Shown: positions 27,123 through 40,975 of the stretch, one piece after another
Layout: each line of letters begins with the position of its first letter
How positions within the stretch are numbered: the stretch's first letter is position 1
Source: Octopus vulgaris
Taxonomy: Eukaryota
Reading direction: 5' to 3'
Assembly: GCA_951406725.2 (NCBI GenBank)
Contig: OX597822.1
Span: forward strand, 100,254,001 to 100,318,000
DNA: 64,000 bases
The notes under the pieces: generated by a model
The model's database searches: none
Told to the model about the DNA's origin: nothing
What the model saw: only the letters and a program-made list of their open reading frames with translations
Made by a program: the position numbers and the translations under genes

Positions 27123-29940
27123 TATATATATATATATATATACTCAGAAAGAGGTTGAATTGTTGCTGATTATTGTTCCAAAGTCTGTTGATTTATAATT
27201 CCCAAGTTTGTGGATTCAGTTGCAGTTACAGTTCTTATGTCTGTAGATTCTGTCAATTATAGTTGAAGCAAATTCAAATTATATTCTTCACTTTTTTTTC
27301 TAAAGTGTATGTGTGTGTGTGTGTGTGTGTGTATAATATACAGCTTCAGTCTGTAACCAGCTACTCTCAAAAATATTTTGTCTATCCTTTCAGCTTGTGA
27401 TGAGATTAAATATAATATATTATTGGTTATATAGAGCCGTCATGATAAATCCTATCATCAATCAATTACCATCTGATTACTGTAAACTTTTGGCATTAGA
27501 AACTGAAGTGGCAGCAGTGGTGGAGTTGAATTTGGAAATTTTACACGAAGAATTGATTTGCCTCACTGCTGTAATAATAATGCTGCAAAATAGCAGCAAT
27601 AGTAATTGGCTATTAAGGTGTCCAATGTTTTTTTTTTTTAACAGAAAAAGAGAGAAAAATCATATCTCCTTACCATTTCTGCTGGAATACTAATATAATG
27701 TTTTGATGTCTTGGGCATTTAGTGGAAACACCGACAGACCATTTCTTTCTTGCACGCTTCCTTAAGGATAGTCTTTGTGATGACATTTCTTTGGGCATCT
27801 TGCAATATGATGTCTAACCTCTGTTTATTACACCACAATAAATTTCATGCAAATTGGCACCTCTCTCTGTCTGTCTGTCTTTGTCTCTGTCTGTCTGTCT
27901 GTTTCTCTCTCTCTCTCATTTTTTAAAATGTCTATCAGGAAAATGGCTGTGTTTTATTTGTGTATAAAATGTTTAAAGTATTAAATGTTAAAGCTCTAAG
28001 TCATTCTAATGTATTTCATCCATTTGTAAAATATCTATTTAAAAAAAAAAATTTTTTTTTGACACGAAGCAAAGAAATAGTGAAAAGAGATTGGGTGATG
28101 TTCATGGCTTTCTTGAGGGGTGCTGAAAGAAATTACTAATTTGGGATTTAAAGTGAGCTTATGAGTGTTATCTACTGGGAGTTTACTTCTAATGAATAGA
28201 GAATAGAAATTGGAGAGATTCAGCATGACATAGAGTGAGACCTTTGAAATACAGGTACCACTGATTTTTGCCAGCTGAGTGGACTGGGGCAATGTGAAAT
28301 AAAGTGTCCTGCTCAAGGACACGATGTGCCACTGGAAATTGAACTTAACAAGTACTTGTCATTACTGTAATGATATCTGTACACATCTTTCTTTATAAAT
28401 TTGAAAATAGTCTCCAAGGTAGAAATTGTTTCATCTTTCCTACCTCAGTATATTACTGGTATTTACTGTCACCCTCCTGCTGCTGATAAAGAATGTAAGT
28501 TTTTGACTTTGATGGGATTTGAACTTGAAATTATAAGGAATGCAACATGATTGTATTAAGTGGCCTGTTTTTATATCACATTTTGTGACCAGTAGCATTG
28601 TTAGTTTCAGATTTCTATGAGGCCACTTCCTGGATTCATTGCATGTACTATGGATGAGAATGACAAGGAAGTGTCTCTGTCACACAGGTGAAACAAAATA
28701 ACCTTTGGGTGTTTTTGTTCAAAAATACCAATCTGTGGTCTCAATATACAATGATAAAAGGTACAATCTGTGTTCTTGATGTACAATGATAAAAGGTACA
28801 CAATATACACACATATGTGTTTCCGGACAGTTTCCACTCACCATATTCCACTATGAAGGTGTTGAGCACTCTGTGTCTTTGGTGGGAAACACCTTGGACA
28901 AAGATGCTATTCTGTAGGATTGAGAGCCATGTAGTCATGAATTAAATTTCTTAACCACTCAGCCATGCTGCATGCTTTCTGCCTTTGTACAGTTGAACTG
29001 TATTAATGATTAGAAAAAGAAAAAAAAGCAGTCTTGGAAATATCTGATATATCCAATGCATATTTAGATCTGTACTTTATCAATTACATGCAGAATCCTA
29101 TTCTATCTTGCTTGTTATTTCATTCTCAACATGAATTTATTTCTTGGTTTAAGCAAACAGGAATATTATCTTATAAGACAAGGTAAATACAGCTTGTCTT
29201 GCCAACTGAATGAAGAATTGTCTGTCTAAGCTTTCTTTGGTTGTGGAATTATCCATCTATACTGGAACTGGTCCTTTTTGCTGTTCTGGGTCGAGGATAA
29301 ATGGCTTCCCTGGCTGCTCTTTGGGTGCTGACTGAGAATAAAAGGGAAGGTTTGCTCTCTTATTCATTATGGGGTATACATGCAATATCATTACATCTAT
29401 ATTTAGTTTTCTCTAATTGCTGGAATATTTATGCATAATTAATGGTTTATAAATTGGAAAGCAAAAACAATTCATCAAATGCTATGGCATTTCCTCCATC
29501 GAATATTATTGTTTTATCTTGCTGTTTTCCCTTTTTTCTTTATATTTTCTCTTTCATTCTAATATTGTTATTGTTGTTTGTACTATTGTTCCCATTCTTC
29601 TGTTTGAATATCAAAGGGTAGAGCTTGTACTTCTAGTATTTAGTACAATGGAGTTCAGTGACATATAATGTACTTGTTCTATCAGAAAAATTGAATAATA
29701 TTTTCTCTTCACCTGTCTTTGTTTCCCAAATAACAATTGAAATGAAACCTCTATAAGATTGTATTCCTATCCCTATAATTGTACCAGAAACTTCTAATTC
29801 TTAATGATAATTACATTGCATTATTTGTTTTTATGTATCAATCAACAATCACTTAATTGTCTTCGAGATATTTTTCAAATTTTATTTCAAACCTTTTTTG
29901 TTATTGATACATAGTTTACATACATACATAAATTATTGAA

Positions 29941-30305
29941 GGAGTGGCTGTGTGGTAAGTAACTTGCCTATGAACCACATGGTTCCGGGTTCAGTCCCAC
30001 TGCGTGGTACCTTGGGCAAGTGTTTTCTATAGCATCGGGCCTACAAGAGCCTTGTGAGTGGATTTGGTAGACGGAAACTGAAAGAAGCCCATCGTATATA
30101 TATGTGTGTGTGTGTGTGTATATATTTGTGTGTCGGTTTGTCCCCCCCAACATAGCTTGACAACCAATGCTGGTGTGTTTATATCGGCAAAAGAGACTGA
30201 TAGAATAAGTACTAGGCTTACAAAGAATGTCCTGGCGTCGATTTTCTCAACTAAAGGCGGTGCTCCAGCATGGCCACAGTCAAATGACTAAAACTAGTGA
30301 GAGAG
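29941..30305 (+). mobile_element. tRNA-derived SINE
   Basis: Same head and tail as 33441. Confidence 0.87.
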
Positions 30306-30605
30306 TATATAATCACTACTTGTCTAAAGGAAAAAAACCTATCTAACTGATTAATAAACTGTTCTTCACTCTTACTCTTACTATTCACTCCTCCTTAAAC
30401 ATTTCAAATACTACAACCTTTTGTGTTTTTTATTCTACAATTATTGTGTTTCCTGTTTTGTCCCTTAATATTTGCTGGCTTCATTCTGATCTCATTTAGA
30501 ACTTGTAAAACCTTCCTTTTTGTTTCTCACTAGCTGCTAATTCTTGGTTAAACATTTTACCCAAAATTTACCAGCTTTCTTCAAAATTTCCTGATCCTCT
30601 TTCAA

Positions 30606-30890
30606 TTCATCATCATCATCATCATCATTTAGCGTCCGCTTTCCATGCTAGCATGGGTTGGACGGGTCAACTGGGGTCTGCGAAGCTGGAAGGCTTCGTC
30701 AGGCCCAGTCAGATCTGGCAGTGTTTCTACGGCTGGATGCCCTTCCTAACGCCAACCACTCCGCGAGTGTAGTGGGTGTTTTTTACGTGCCACCTGCACA
30801 GGTGCCAGACAGAGCTGGCAAACGGCCAAGAACGGATGGTGCTTTTACGTGTCACCGGCACGGGGCCAGGCGATGCTGGCAACGGACACG
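30606..30890 (-). mobile_element. (GAT)n-tailed RTE-3'-end repeat
   Basis: Family core and tail. Confidence 0.87.
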
Positions 30891-31491
30891 TTAACTTAAA
30901 ACAATTCAAGTAAAATATTTAATCCTTTAATATTTGAAACGGCCATATCTGGCCCAAATATTCTGTTTTATATTCATATCAGTCAAATCCAGCCTCTCAC
31001 ATTTACCCTACAGTGTCATTCTGAACATAAACAATCTCATCATGGAGATCTCAAGAGCTATGAGATAATGCATAATTAATTCAAAACAATGTGAATAAAT
31101 AAATATTAAATTTGACAGAGTAATCATAGTGTTAATTATAGCCATCCACTGTTTTTCTCTCTTGTTTGCAAAGTATGATTCGAACACGGAATGTTCTTTG
31201 AACAATTAATTAAAACACTGACTGTTAATTACCAATATACAAAACCAGCCAAGTATGAAGATTAATAGATTCAGTATGCAGTATATTTGTGTTAAAAACA
31301 TTATTGCTGGGAAATGAAACCCTTCAAGTTGTTGCTAGTATGGCTAATAGATATTGAACCTCCTGTGGCAGTAAGGAACATTTTTAGACTCTCATCAATA
31401 TTCCTTTAACCCTGGTTTCTATGATACTAAGAAGAAACAAATGTTGTTTTTTTTTTTCGTATTTTATTAATTTCTTAATTTCTTAATTTTG

Positions 31492-31800
31492 ACGTGCCGG
31501 TGGCACGTAAAAAGCACCATCCGATCGTGGCCGTTGCCAGCTTCGCCTGGCCTCCATGCTGGTGGCATGTAAAAAGCACCATGTGGCCGTTTGCCAGACT
31601 TGTCTGGCACCTGTGCAGGTGGCACGTAAAAAGCACCCACTACACTCATGGAGTGGTTGGCGTTAGGAAGGGCATCCAGCCGTAGAAACATTGCCAGATC
31701 AGACTGGGCCTGGTGCAGCCTTCTGGCTTCCCAGACCCCAGTTGCACCGTCCAACCCATGCCAGCATGGAAAGCGGACGCTAAACGATGATGATGATGAT
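31492..31800 (+). mobile_element. (GAT)n-tailed RTE-3'-end repeat
   Basis: Family core and tail. Confidence 0.87.
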
Positions 31801-32559
31801 TATCAAACTACCACCATGTTACAAATGAGTTCACCCTTGCGAGAGCTAGGAAGCATTTCTATCTAGATTTAAGCTATTTATTTTTGGTTTGATGGCAGCT
31901 GAAGTGATGCAAATTCCAAGGGCCAACATTTGACAGTAATAAGTTTGATACCTGTGCAGTGCTGCAAGGAATGTCTTGATTTTATTTTAAATCTAACTAT
32001 GCTTTGCTATGTCTTTTAAGCCTTTTACTTGTTTTAGTCAAATGAATTGTCCACAATACTTGTATTTTTAAAGCCTGGTACTTGTTCTATTGGTCTCTTT
32101 TGCTGAACTACTAAGTTATAGGGACATGCATAAACTTACACTGATTGTCAAGTGGTGGGACGGACACACACACACGCACACGACAGGCTTCTTTCAGTTT
32201 CCATTTACCAAATCCACTCACAGGCTAGAAGGCACTTGCCCAAGGTGCCATTCGATGAGATTGAACCTGGGACCATGTGGCTGGGAAGCAAATTTCTTGC
32301 CACAAAGCCATGCCTACACCTGAATACTTAACTAATTTTCATGGATTTAGAAATAGGTAAAAATTGACTACTTTACTAAAGTTAGACTGTAATGTTTATT
32401 ATGTGTAAAATTATTGTTTTGAATAAGGATGAATATGACAACTACAACAGTGGAGTTATTTAAGTTTTGGTAACTAGGCAAGTCTGAATAAGAAATAAGC
32501 ATTAACTAATTTGAGCTGGAACAGGCTAAGTTTGGATGAACTATAAGATACTATAAGAT

Positions 32560-33010
32560 GTGTAGATTATAACAATGGGACATGATAAAGATGACAAAAA
32601 AAAAACCCCACTTTTGATTGCACAGAGAAAGTGAAGGTTTTTTTGCTGCTTTTGGTCTGTACACCATCCTGCAGAAGCTTTGAAGCTAGGTTGCTGGATT
32701 AACTCCTCATCTTTCAGATGGATGGCATCCACTGTTTACAATATAACTATTCTGTTTGTCTCAGATCAAAATTCCAGTTTTTTAGCTGCTGTTTCTCTGA
32801 CGGACAGGTGGATACATCACTCAACCATCCCTTCTTAGTTCAGAGTATTTCAAATTCTTTTAAAATTTTTAGCCAGTCACCAACTTGTTTCTCTGAAGAG
32901 CCAAATTCAGCTTCAGTTTTTTTTGGTTATTTCTGCAGTTTTACTGTTATTGATGTAGCTTTGTGTAAATTGCATAGCTTTTAATTTAAATGTAACATTA
33001 CATAAGCAAT
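32560..33010 (-). mobile_element. pogo/Tigger-like transposase N-terminal remnant
   Basis: FKASAGWC CENP-B-type HTH motif; disrupted frame. Confidence 0.55.
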
Positions 33011-33440
33011 GTTTTTTGTTTTCAAGTAATTTTGCTTACATGTCACAAACATTCGTGTTTAAAATGTGGCCACTATAACAATTATATCTCCTGACTGCTA
33101 GCTGTGAAATAACTCAGCATTTCAAAATATTTGGTAGCTAGCAGTCAGAAGTTTAAAGAAGCATTTATTGATATTCGCCAGGAGTTTAAAGAAAGCATTG
33201 GTCGGTATGGTTAAGCACTGACAGGATATGATTAGTGGTTGCATAACAAATGAGATATTTTGTCTGCTGGAACAGTTAGGATAAGAAGAGTTAAATATCA
33301 CTTCTATTTTACTGTTACTGAATAATGGTATGAGTCTTTCATGATTTATGGGAAACAGCGTGGATACTCTTAAGTCTCATGCATCAATAGTAAAGTAAGT
33401 AAATAATATAAAAAAATTAAGAGAAAAGGTGCATTCTATA

Positions 33441-33824
33441 GGAGTGGCTGTGTGGTAAGTAGCTTGCTTACGAACCACATGGTTCCGGGTTCAGTCCCAC
33501 TGCGTGGCACCTTGGGCAAGTGTCTTCTGCTATAGTCTCGGGCCGACCAAAGCCTTGTGAGTGGATTTGGTAGACGGAAACTGAAAGAAGCCCGTTGTAT
33601 ATATGTATGTGTGTGTATACGTTTGTGCCGCCAACATCGCTTGACAACTGATGCTGGTGTGTTTACGTCCCCGTAACTTAGCAGATTGGCAAAGAGACCG
33701 ATAGAATAAGTACTAGGCTTACAAAGAATAAGTCCTGGGGTCAATTTGCTCGACTAAAGGCAGTGCTCCAGCATGGCCACAGTCAAATGACTGAAACAAG
33801 TAAAAGAGTAAAAAGAATAAAGAG
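33441..33824 (+). mobile_element. tRNA-derived SINE, full length
   Basis: A/B boxes, ACCTTGGGCAAGTG, (TG)n, (TAAAAGAG)n tail; other copies near 905-1228, 11935, 32020, 44995-46240, 51078, 54900, 59410. Confidence 0.88.
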
Positions 33825-33950
33825 TATACAGTAATTGAAAAAACTGTCATCCTTTGCTGTTGTTTATTTTTGTCGGGTTCTCCCTCCCCTTTTTTGCTTT
33901 TAAACCAAATTTACAATGTTTTTTCACTTGGATGTATTTTGTGTTTTCAG

Positions 33951-34051
33951 GAGTGGAGCCCAGAACCAGGTGATGTTGTCCTTGATTCTTGGGTTGGCCG
34001 AATTGATGTCGTAAATGTGATTGTAACATTACGTTTTCCAGACGGTGCTAA
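33951..34051 (+). CDS. UBE2O: UBE2O exon B (EWSPEPGDVVLDSWVGRID...FPDGAK), phase 0-2
   Basis: Acceptor gttttcag, donor gtaagc; resembles DCWLGKV...LSNGAR. Confidence 0.92.
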
Positions 34052-34682
34052 GTAAGCATTTCTTTTGTTTAAATATGTAATTCTTTGATATTATTTTTTT
34101 TTTAAATCTTCATTTGCTCTCATGTATATAAAACATTAAGTGAAGAAATGGTCATCGTTTGATGATGAACTTCAGATACAGCAATGGGATTGATAAAAGT
34201 GGTGCTATGTTGTGGATAGCAGACCCATCAAACCCACTTTTGATATGGGAGACCTTATCAGAACAATCGGTCAACCAATATATTAATTTTTATACAACAT
34301 TCACAAAGTGGAGTCAGATCAAATAGTTTTGCTATGATGAAGAGAATTCTGTTTTGGGCTGGACCATTTTTGTTTGAGAAAGATGAAATTTACCATTTGT
34401 AAATAACTAATTATAAAAGTAACTAATGATAGCAAGCCATCGTTTGTTACTGTGGATTCTAGTGGTTCACTTTTATGTTGAGTTTATATCTTTTATGAAT
34501 ACCAACCGCTCAACTTTGAGTAACGGTCAATGTTTGAGTAGATTAGGGACTGTTCTGAGATTAAATTTTATTGATATTGACTTAACTTTTTTTTTCTTTT
34601 TTGTCTTGGAAAGATAAAAATAATTTAGATGTTGTAATATACTAGAGTCAAGTCACCACCATTATCATTTTTATTTTTACTT

Positions 34683-35018
34683 AGGTAGGGTGGGGGGCTC
34701 TGAAAGGGGTCTCAGGGAGTAGCGTCCCTGTCTTCCTGAGCTAGTTTTCCACCCATTTCTTAAAAATCGTGGTAGAGGCCTTGGTCTCGGGACCACTCAT
34801 GTCTAGAAACTGAGGTTGGAGGTAAGCAAGGGCATGCTCCCTGTAAAAAATCCAGCTCCAAAAAAGCCTCATGAGAGCAAGGGAGAATGGGCACCAGCCA
34901 ACCCAAAGGTTGGGGTGGGCTGCACCTGCCTGTCTCAGTTACTAAGGCATTGAGGTAGATCTGGCTACCCCCATTAACGGGGACAAAACCTGGATCTAAA
35001 ACACTGGATGATGATGAT
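34683..35018 (+). mobile_element. GC-rich, hairpin-rich (GAT)n-tailed retroposon (RTE-dependent SINE candidate)
   Basis: (GAT)4 tail; body unlike other families; sits inside a decayed repeat. Confidence 0.55.
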
Positions 35019-36263
35019 TTTCCATGTTTGCATAGGTTAGACAAATTTTTATTGCAGCAGGTCTTATATGGCGAGATGTCCTTCATGTTGCCATCTCTCA
35101 ACTGTTTCCAAGGAACATAATATTTCCTCATAGCTAGACCTGTATACATGGAGATTGCTTGTATGACAGTGACACTCATTTACAAGTATCACATATCATG
35201 ACAAGGGAACACAAACATACATTGACAGACTTCTTTCAGTTTCCATGGACCAAATCAACTCTTAAGCCTTTGGTTGGCCTGGGTCTATAGTAGAAGACAC
35301 TTGCCCAAAGTGATATGCAATGAGACTGAACCTGAAACCATATGGTTGGGAAGTAAACCTCTTAACCACACAGCCACACTTGCATCTAAACACAAAAGCA
35401 GATGGCTACCTTCTTCAGAGACTCCACCTTAACCACACAGTCACACTTGCATCTACACACAAAAGCAGATGGCTACCGTCTTCAGAGACTCCACCTACCA
35501 AATCTTCTCACAGTGCATTAGCTGGCCCTGGTTTTTGGGTAGAAGAGACTTGCTGTCCAATAGAACTGAACCTAGAACCATGTGGTTGTGAAGCAAACTT
35601 TTGAACCACACAGCCATGCCTGCACTAATAGAGGAGAATAATGCTCTGTTGTACGACAATTGTCAGTCATTACCAAGCATCTGTTTACCTACATCTCAGC
35701 TTCTGTTTGTGTGTTTAATCGTTTGTTTGGGTTTGTCCAATAAATGTGGAAACTGTCATGTACGGTACTAGCATGGTAAATGTTAGTCCTGTTAGCACAG
35801 TATGCTGGGGAGACCTGAATATCTAATTTCAGTTACTTTTAATGTTTAAATTGCACAATTTTTTTTTTTATTATTGCTTCAAGAAACCAGTTACTTTGAT
35901 CCTATCAATTGTAGTTTCCTTGTCATTAATATTAACTGCCTGTTTTTCTCTACTTGGTGAAGTAATAAAGGTCATAAAGTTGAATCATTCCGAACAGCTG
36001 TAAAATTGACATTTGGCATGATTCCATTTTCCAAGGTCACTGCCAGCATCTTTGTTTTTCCTGGCTCCACATTTCCCATGGTTACTGATCACAATGTTAG
36101 TATCAATAGTTAGTTATACATGTTGTTAATTTTGTTGAACTCCTGAGTTATTATTTCTAATCTAATCTTATATAATTGTAACCTATTTCAATGTTTGTTC
36201 CACTTTATGATATTATTTCATCTGCCTGTGACTGTTTTAAAAAGAAAATGTGTTGTCTTTTAG

Positions 36264-36324
36264 ATGTGAAATTCAAGATGTTGACATCTTTAGCTTTGAA
36301 GACCTCAATGAAAAGAGAGGAAAG
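36264..36324 (+). CDS. UBE2O: UBE2O exon C (CEIQDVDIFSFEDLNEKRGK), phase 2-0
   Basis: 61 nt; acceptor gtcttttag, donor gttggt; restores phase between B and D and supplies the Cys after GAK. Confidence 0.82.
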
Positions 36325-36391
36325 GTTGGTCTTTATTGTCTTTAAACAATGTGTGGTTGAAACAATCCTTCATAAATGTTGCATTTATGTG

Positions 36392-36733
36392 AAGGCGCGT
36401 GGCTCAGTGGTTAGTGTCGAGCTTATGATCGTGAGGTTGTGAGCTCAAATCCCGAACCGGGCTGCGTGTTGTGTTCTTGAGCAAGACACTTTTTCACGTT
36501 GCTCCAGTTCACTCAGCTGTAGAAATGAGTTGCGACGTTACAGGTGCCAAGCTGTATCGGCCCTTGCCTTTCCCTTGGACAACATCAGTGACGTGGAGAG
36601 GGGAGACCGGTATGCATGGGCGACTGCTGGTCTTCCATAAAACAACCTTGCCCAGACTTGTGCCTCAGAGGGTAACTCTCTAGGTGCAAACCCATAGTCA
36701 GTGTCTGACCGAAGGGGGTCAAAAAAAAAAAAA
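36392..36733 (+). mobile_element. tRNA-derived SINE, V-domain-like, poly-A end
   Basis: GGCGCGTGGCTCAGTGGTTAG head; TTGAGCAAGACAC...CAGCTGTAGAAATGAGT. Confidence 0.75.
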
Positions 36734-38400
36734 AATGTTGCATATAAGGCTTGGCATTTATTTTATCACAAATTGGCTTCAACTTTTGCTTGAATTAAAA
36801 TAGTATTCAATTGGTTGAAGATTAATCAAAATAATCAACTAATTACCAGTAAAAGAAGAGCAGTCACTCAGTCAAGATAAATCATTACTATAGTATCTAG
36901 GTAGCAGTTATTGTCGTTAACCATGGCTGTGGGGCTTCATTAAGGTGCTGGGCGCATTGTCACATGACTTAGATTTGATTACTTTCATTGGGTTGTGCTC
37001 TGAAGTAAGATACTTAACTCTCTTAGCTCCAATTTACTTGACTTTGAGGAAAAATAGGTTCCACTTCTTCTTCATGATTGACTGCCTAGCAGTAGGACAA
37101 ATATTAAGTTGTAAAGTGAACTAATCACCCCAACAAATATATCTTCCCACACATATAGTTGGGGGTAGGGTGGGGAGTTAAAATGGATGAAAAACCTTAA
37201 AAGGAAAGAAAATATTTTAAAATGAAGCTTAGAAGAAGAAAAAAGGTAACTCTAAGTTTACTGATGATTTGGGTTGGACTTTTGCATAGAATGTATGATA
37301 AAAGGACAACTTAGTGTACACAATTGAAATGACCATCTGTGTATTGTACTTTACAGACACTGTTGAAAGGCATGGTGCTGTAGTTTATGTCTGAGATAAA
37401 ATCTCTCATAGACATGAGATGTTATAAACACAATATATTTTTGAGCAAGACAAAACGAAATCAACCCAGCAGTGATTTATGTGAATGTTAGATACATTTC
37501 AACCTTTTTAGGCTATGTCAATAACATATATTTGCAGCGATATGCATAAATGAAATTTTTCACCTCCATTTTATAGGAAACTGTGAATAATACTTTTACT
37601 GATATAGTGAATAGCTGCCCAGGCTGCATAAAAAGTCAGTGAATGCAATTGAAAGAGCTTTCAATTAAAATAGCCATCTGTGTATCATACTTAACACAAG
37701 CCACAGCATCAGGCCTTTCGTTTGATGTATAAATGTTAAGTATGACACTTTGATAGCTGTTTTATTTAAAGGAAGTTGTCGTTTGATCCCTTCCAGGTAA
37801 GCTCTAATGAACTAGACCCAAAATCAAGTATTTTAGCTATCATTGTTCAGCTACAACACTTGGTTGTCTTTATTTTTGTATTCTCCAAGGTGGTGAGCTG
37901 GCAGAATCATTAGCACGGTGGACAAAAAGCTTAGAGGCATTTCATCCATCTTTATGTACAGAGTTCAAATTCTGTCAGGGTTGACTTTCTCTTATATCAT
38001 TTTAGGGATCTGAAATAATCACCAATTCTGCACTGGGGGTTGATGTAATCAACTAGCCACTCTCCTAAAATCTCAGACCTTGTGCCTACAATAGAAGGGA
38101 TAATTTTTGTCCTCTCCTTCAGACAGTCTATTGTGGGCTGCATTAACCAGTGTGTCTTTACTTTTGTTTTTTATTTCAGATGGTAGCACTATTTGAGTGA
38201 GACTTCGCTGCTATTTCAGTTGGATTGGGTGACTACTTAGAGGATTTTTTGTTGGTTTGGTTGAGGGAGGTTAGATTTAATTGGTGCATCATGAGAAATT
38301 TCATTTATTTTAAGCATTAGAACAATTTTAGATGTTTTTTTTTTTTGCCTTAATCCTGCTGCTTAATCATCTTCATTACATTTCTCTTTCTTTCTCTCAG

Positions 38401-38559
38401 CATACAGAATTTGTAAACCGGTATTATTATCCTGGGCAACAGCTTCGCGGTGTGATGGGTGACCTTCGAGATGTTGAGTGGATTCAGACAACTCATCTTT
38501 ACAATAAAAACACTGCACACAATAAACCTCGTATGAATGTTATTGCAATTGTGGAAGAG
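38401..38559 (+). CDS. UBE2O: UBE2O exon D (HTEFVNRYYYPGQ...IVEE), phase 0-0
   Basis: Pyrimidine tract plus cag, donor gtgagc; FYPGQ and VVEEV motifs. Confidence 0.93.
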
Positions 38560-38709
38560 GTGAGCTCTTACATCAAATAATTAACCAATTTTCGTTTTTA
38601 GCCATTGTTTCTATTCACTCCACCCTTCAGTTGATTCGTTATTGACAGTAAAATTGTAGACTGCATCACCTTTTATGCTTGAACTTCTAAAATTCAATTC
38701 TTTCCAATT

Positions 38710-39787
38710 AGGCACCTGTGCAGGTGGCACGTAAAAAGCACCCACTACACTCACGGAGTGGTTGGCGTTAGGAAGGGCATCCAGCTGTAGAAACACTGCC
38801 AGATCAGACTCGAGCCTGGTGCAGCCTTCTGGCTTCCCAGATCCCCGGTCGAACCGTCCAACCCATGCTAGCATGGAGAACGGACGTTAAACAATGATGA
38901 TGATAGGCTTTTTCTTTTCTGTTTTTTGTCCAGGTTAGCATGTCTGGGATATTCAAATTTTCATATTCGCACAGGTGTTGGTAAGCCAGAAGACTGTGCC
39001 AAGCTTTATTCTCTGCTTTGATATAGTTTCTACAGCTGGATTCCCTTATTTCAACCACTTTCCTCTCTGTAAAATGGTTGATGTTTGGAAGGTCATCCAG
39101 CCATAGAAACCATGCCAAAGCAGACAGTAGAGCTTGCCACAGTCCCCTGGCTTACAAGCTCCTGTCAAACTGTCCAACCCATAGCAGCATGGAAAATGGA
39201 CATTAAATGATGATGATGATGTTGAACATCCATCAGCATTTTCAGCATGGAAGACATCATTATCTTTTACCACAAGGCACTGTGGCTACAGCAACATTAT
39301 TACTTCCGTTGTAATTACCATTGTTGTTGAGACATCAAGTTGGCAGAGTCATTAAAATGGCAGATTGAATACTTTGTCATATTTGTCTCGAGCGTGATTG
39401 TTACCAACGTCGCCTTACTGGCACCTGTGCCAGTGGCACGTGTAAAAAGATTCAAGCGAGGTCATTGCCAGTACCACCTGACTGGCCACCATGCTGGTGG
39501 CACATAAAAAGCACCCACTACACTCTTGGAGTGGTTGGCATTAGGAAGGGCATCCAGCTGTAGAAACTCTGCCAGATCAAGATTGGAGCCTGGTACAGCC
39601 ATCTGGTTCGCCAGCCCTCAGTCAAAATCGTCCAACCCATGCTAGCATGGAAAGCGGACGTTAAACAATGATGATGACTACTAATAATCATCATTCATCA
39701 TCGTTTAACATCCACTTTCCATGCTAGCATGGGTTGGACGATTTTGACTGAGGGCTGGTGAACCAGATGGTTGCACCAGGCTCCAAT
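38710..39787. mobile_element. Cluster of four or more RTE-3'-end repeats (38710-38903 +, 39066-39220 +, 39388-39678 +, 39694-39787 -)
   Basis: Repeated family core; last two are tail-to-tail. Confidence 0.83.
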
Positions 39788-40571
39788 TAGTACTGAGATT
39801 AAATTCAGTAGAGGTCAGCTTTTCCCTTCATCCTTTCAGGGGTGATTAAGTAAAGAAGTACTCATCCAGCATGGTGGATTGGCAGAACTGTTAGAATGTC
39901 AGACTAGATGCTTTATGTTATTTGTTCTGGCTCTCTACATTCAGTTAAATCTTGTTTGGGTGCCTAAGAAGTACTGTTGCTAACCCACTGACCAAGTGCA
40001 GTGAGTGCGGCAAATCCCCTGAAACAAAGGTCAATACTGAATAGATGTTGCTAGGTGGAGTCCAGATAGGGTTTTTCTCCAGTTGGGGAGACATGTGCCC
40101 TGATGAATCGAGTGAAGTGCTTAACTTAATAACACTGGTCAGCCTAAGACTGCAGTCACTCAAATCACCCTCTTTACCTGACACATTTAGGAAGTTATCT
40201 CTCACATTTGTCTCGTAGTGGGATGCTTCTGTATAATGTGAAGTAGCATGTATCTCTCTTGTAGCATGACATCTGTACATGTCCTCTATCATACTTAGCT
40301 TCTCGACACCTAGCACAAAGCCAACTCCCCTTCCACTATAACCACACTCAGTTGAGAGGGATTTTTCTTTTGTCTTGCAAGTTACTTGGTGACCTCACTG
40401 GACTGGTGCTGGTGTCATGAATAAAGCACCCAGTACACTCTTAGTATTAGGAAGAGCATCTTAGCCATAGAAATCCTGCCAAAGTAGACATTGGCGCTTG
40501 ATGCAGTCCTCCAGTTCTTTAAATTTTGTTAAAACCACCTAACCCATGCCAGTAAGGAAGACTGACATTAA

Positions 40572-40975
40572 CCATTTTAAAACAGTTGACATAAATTTTC
40601 ACATGCAATGTACGTGCTTGAAATTGGTCGGCATAATTATGTACCACCTGAGTTAGTACTAGTCCACCTGCCAACTGATAGGCCAATTAGATGTTTCGTG
40701 TAAATGTTTACAAACCAATAGGCTGGTCCTGCCACTCCAGCTCTGTCAACTTCATCGTTGCGTCCTGTTTCATTAAATTTATGGTTGTTGCACCAAGCTA
40801 CACCACCTCACCATTTGTTTCTTCTGGTTTGGACGATGACTCGGAGAGTGAGTATTTTCCTAGTTCAGAATCGGATGATTCCGATAGCAATGATCATATT
40901 CCAGTGATTCAAAGGTACAGGCTGGCAGAATGCAACCTAGTTCCTTGATAAAAAAAAAAAAATATTACCATGGGG
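40572..40975 (+). mobile_element. TTAA-flanked insertion, possible piggyBac 5' remnant with acidic peptide (DDDSESEYFPSSESDDSDS)
   Basis: Splits an RTE tail at gacaTTAA...TTAAatgatgatga; CC...GGGG ends, but TIRs match poorly. Confidence 0.5.

Noticed and set aside
40691-40948. Acidic ORF as an extra UBE2O exon
   Set aside because: Exons D and E join colinearly (VEE-VK), and the ORF sits in a TTAA-flanked insertion
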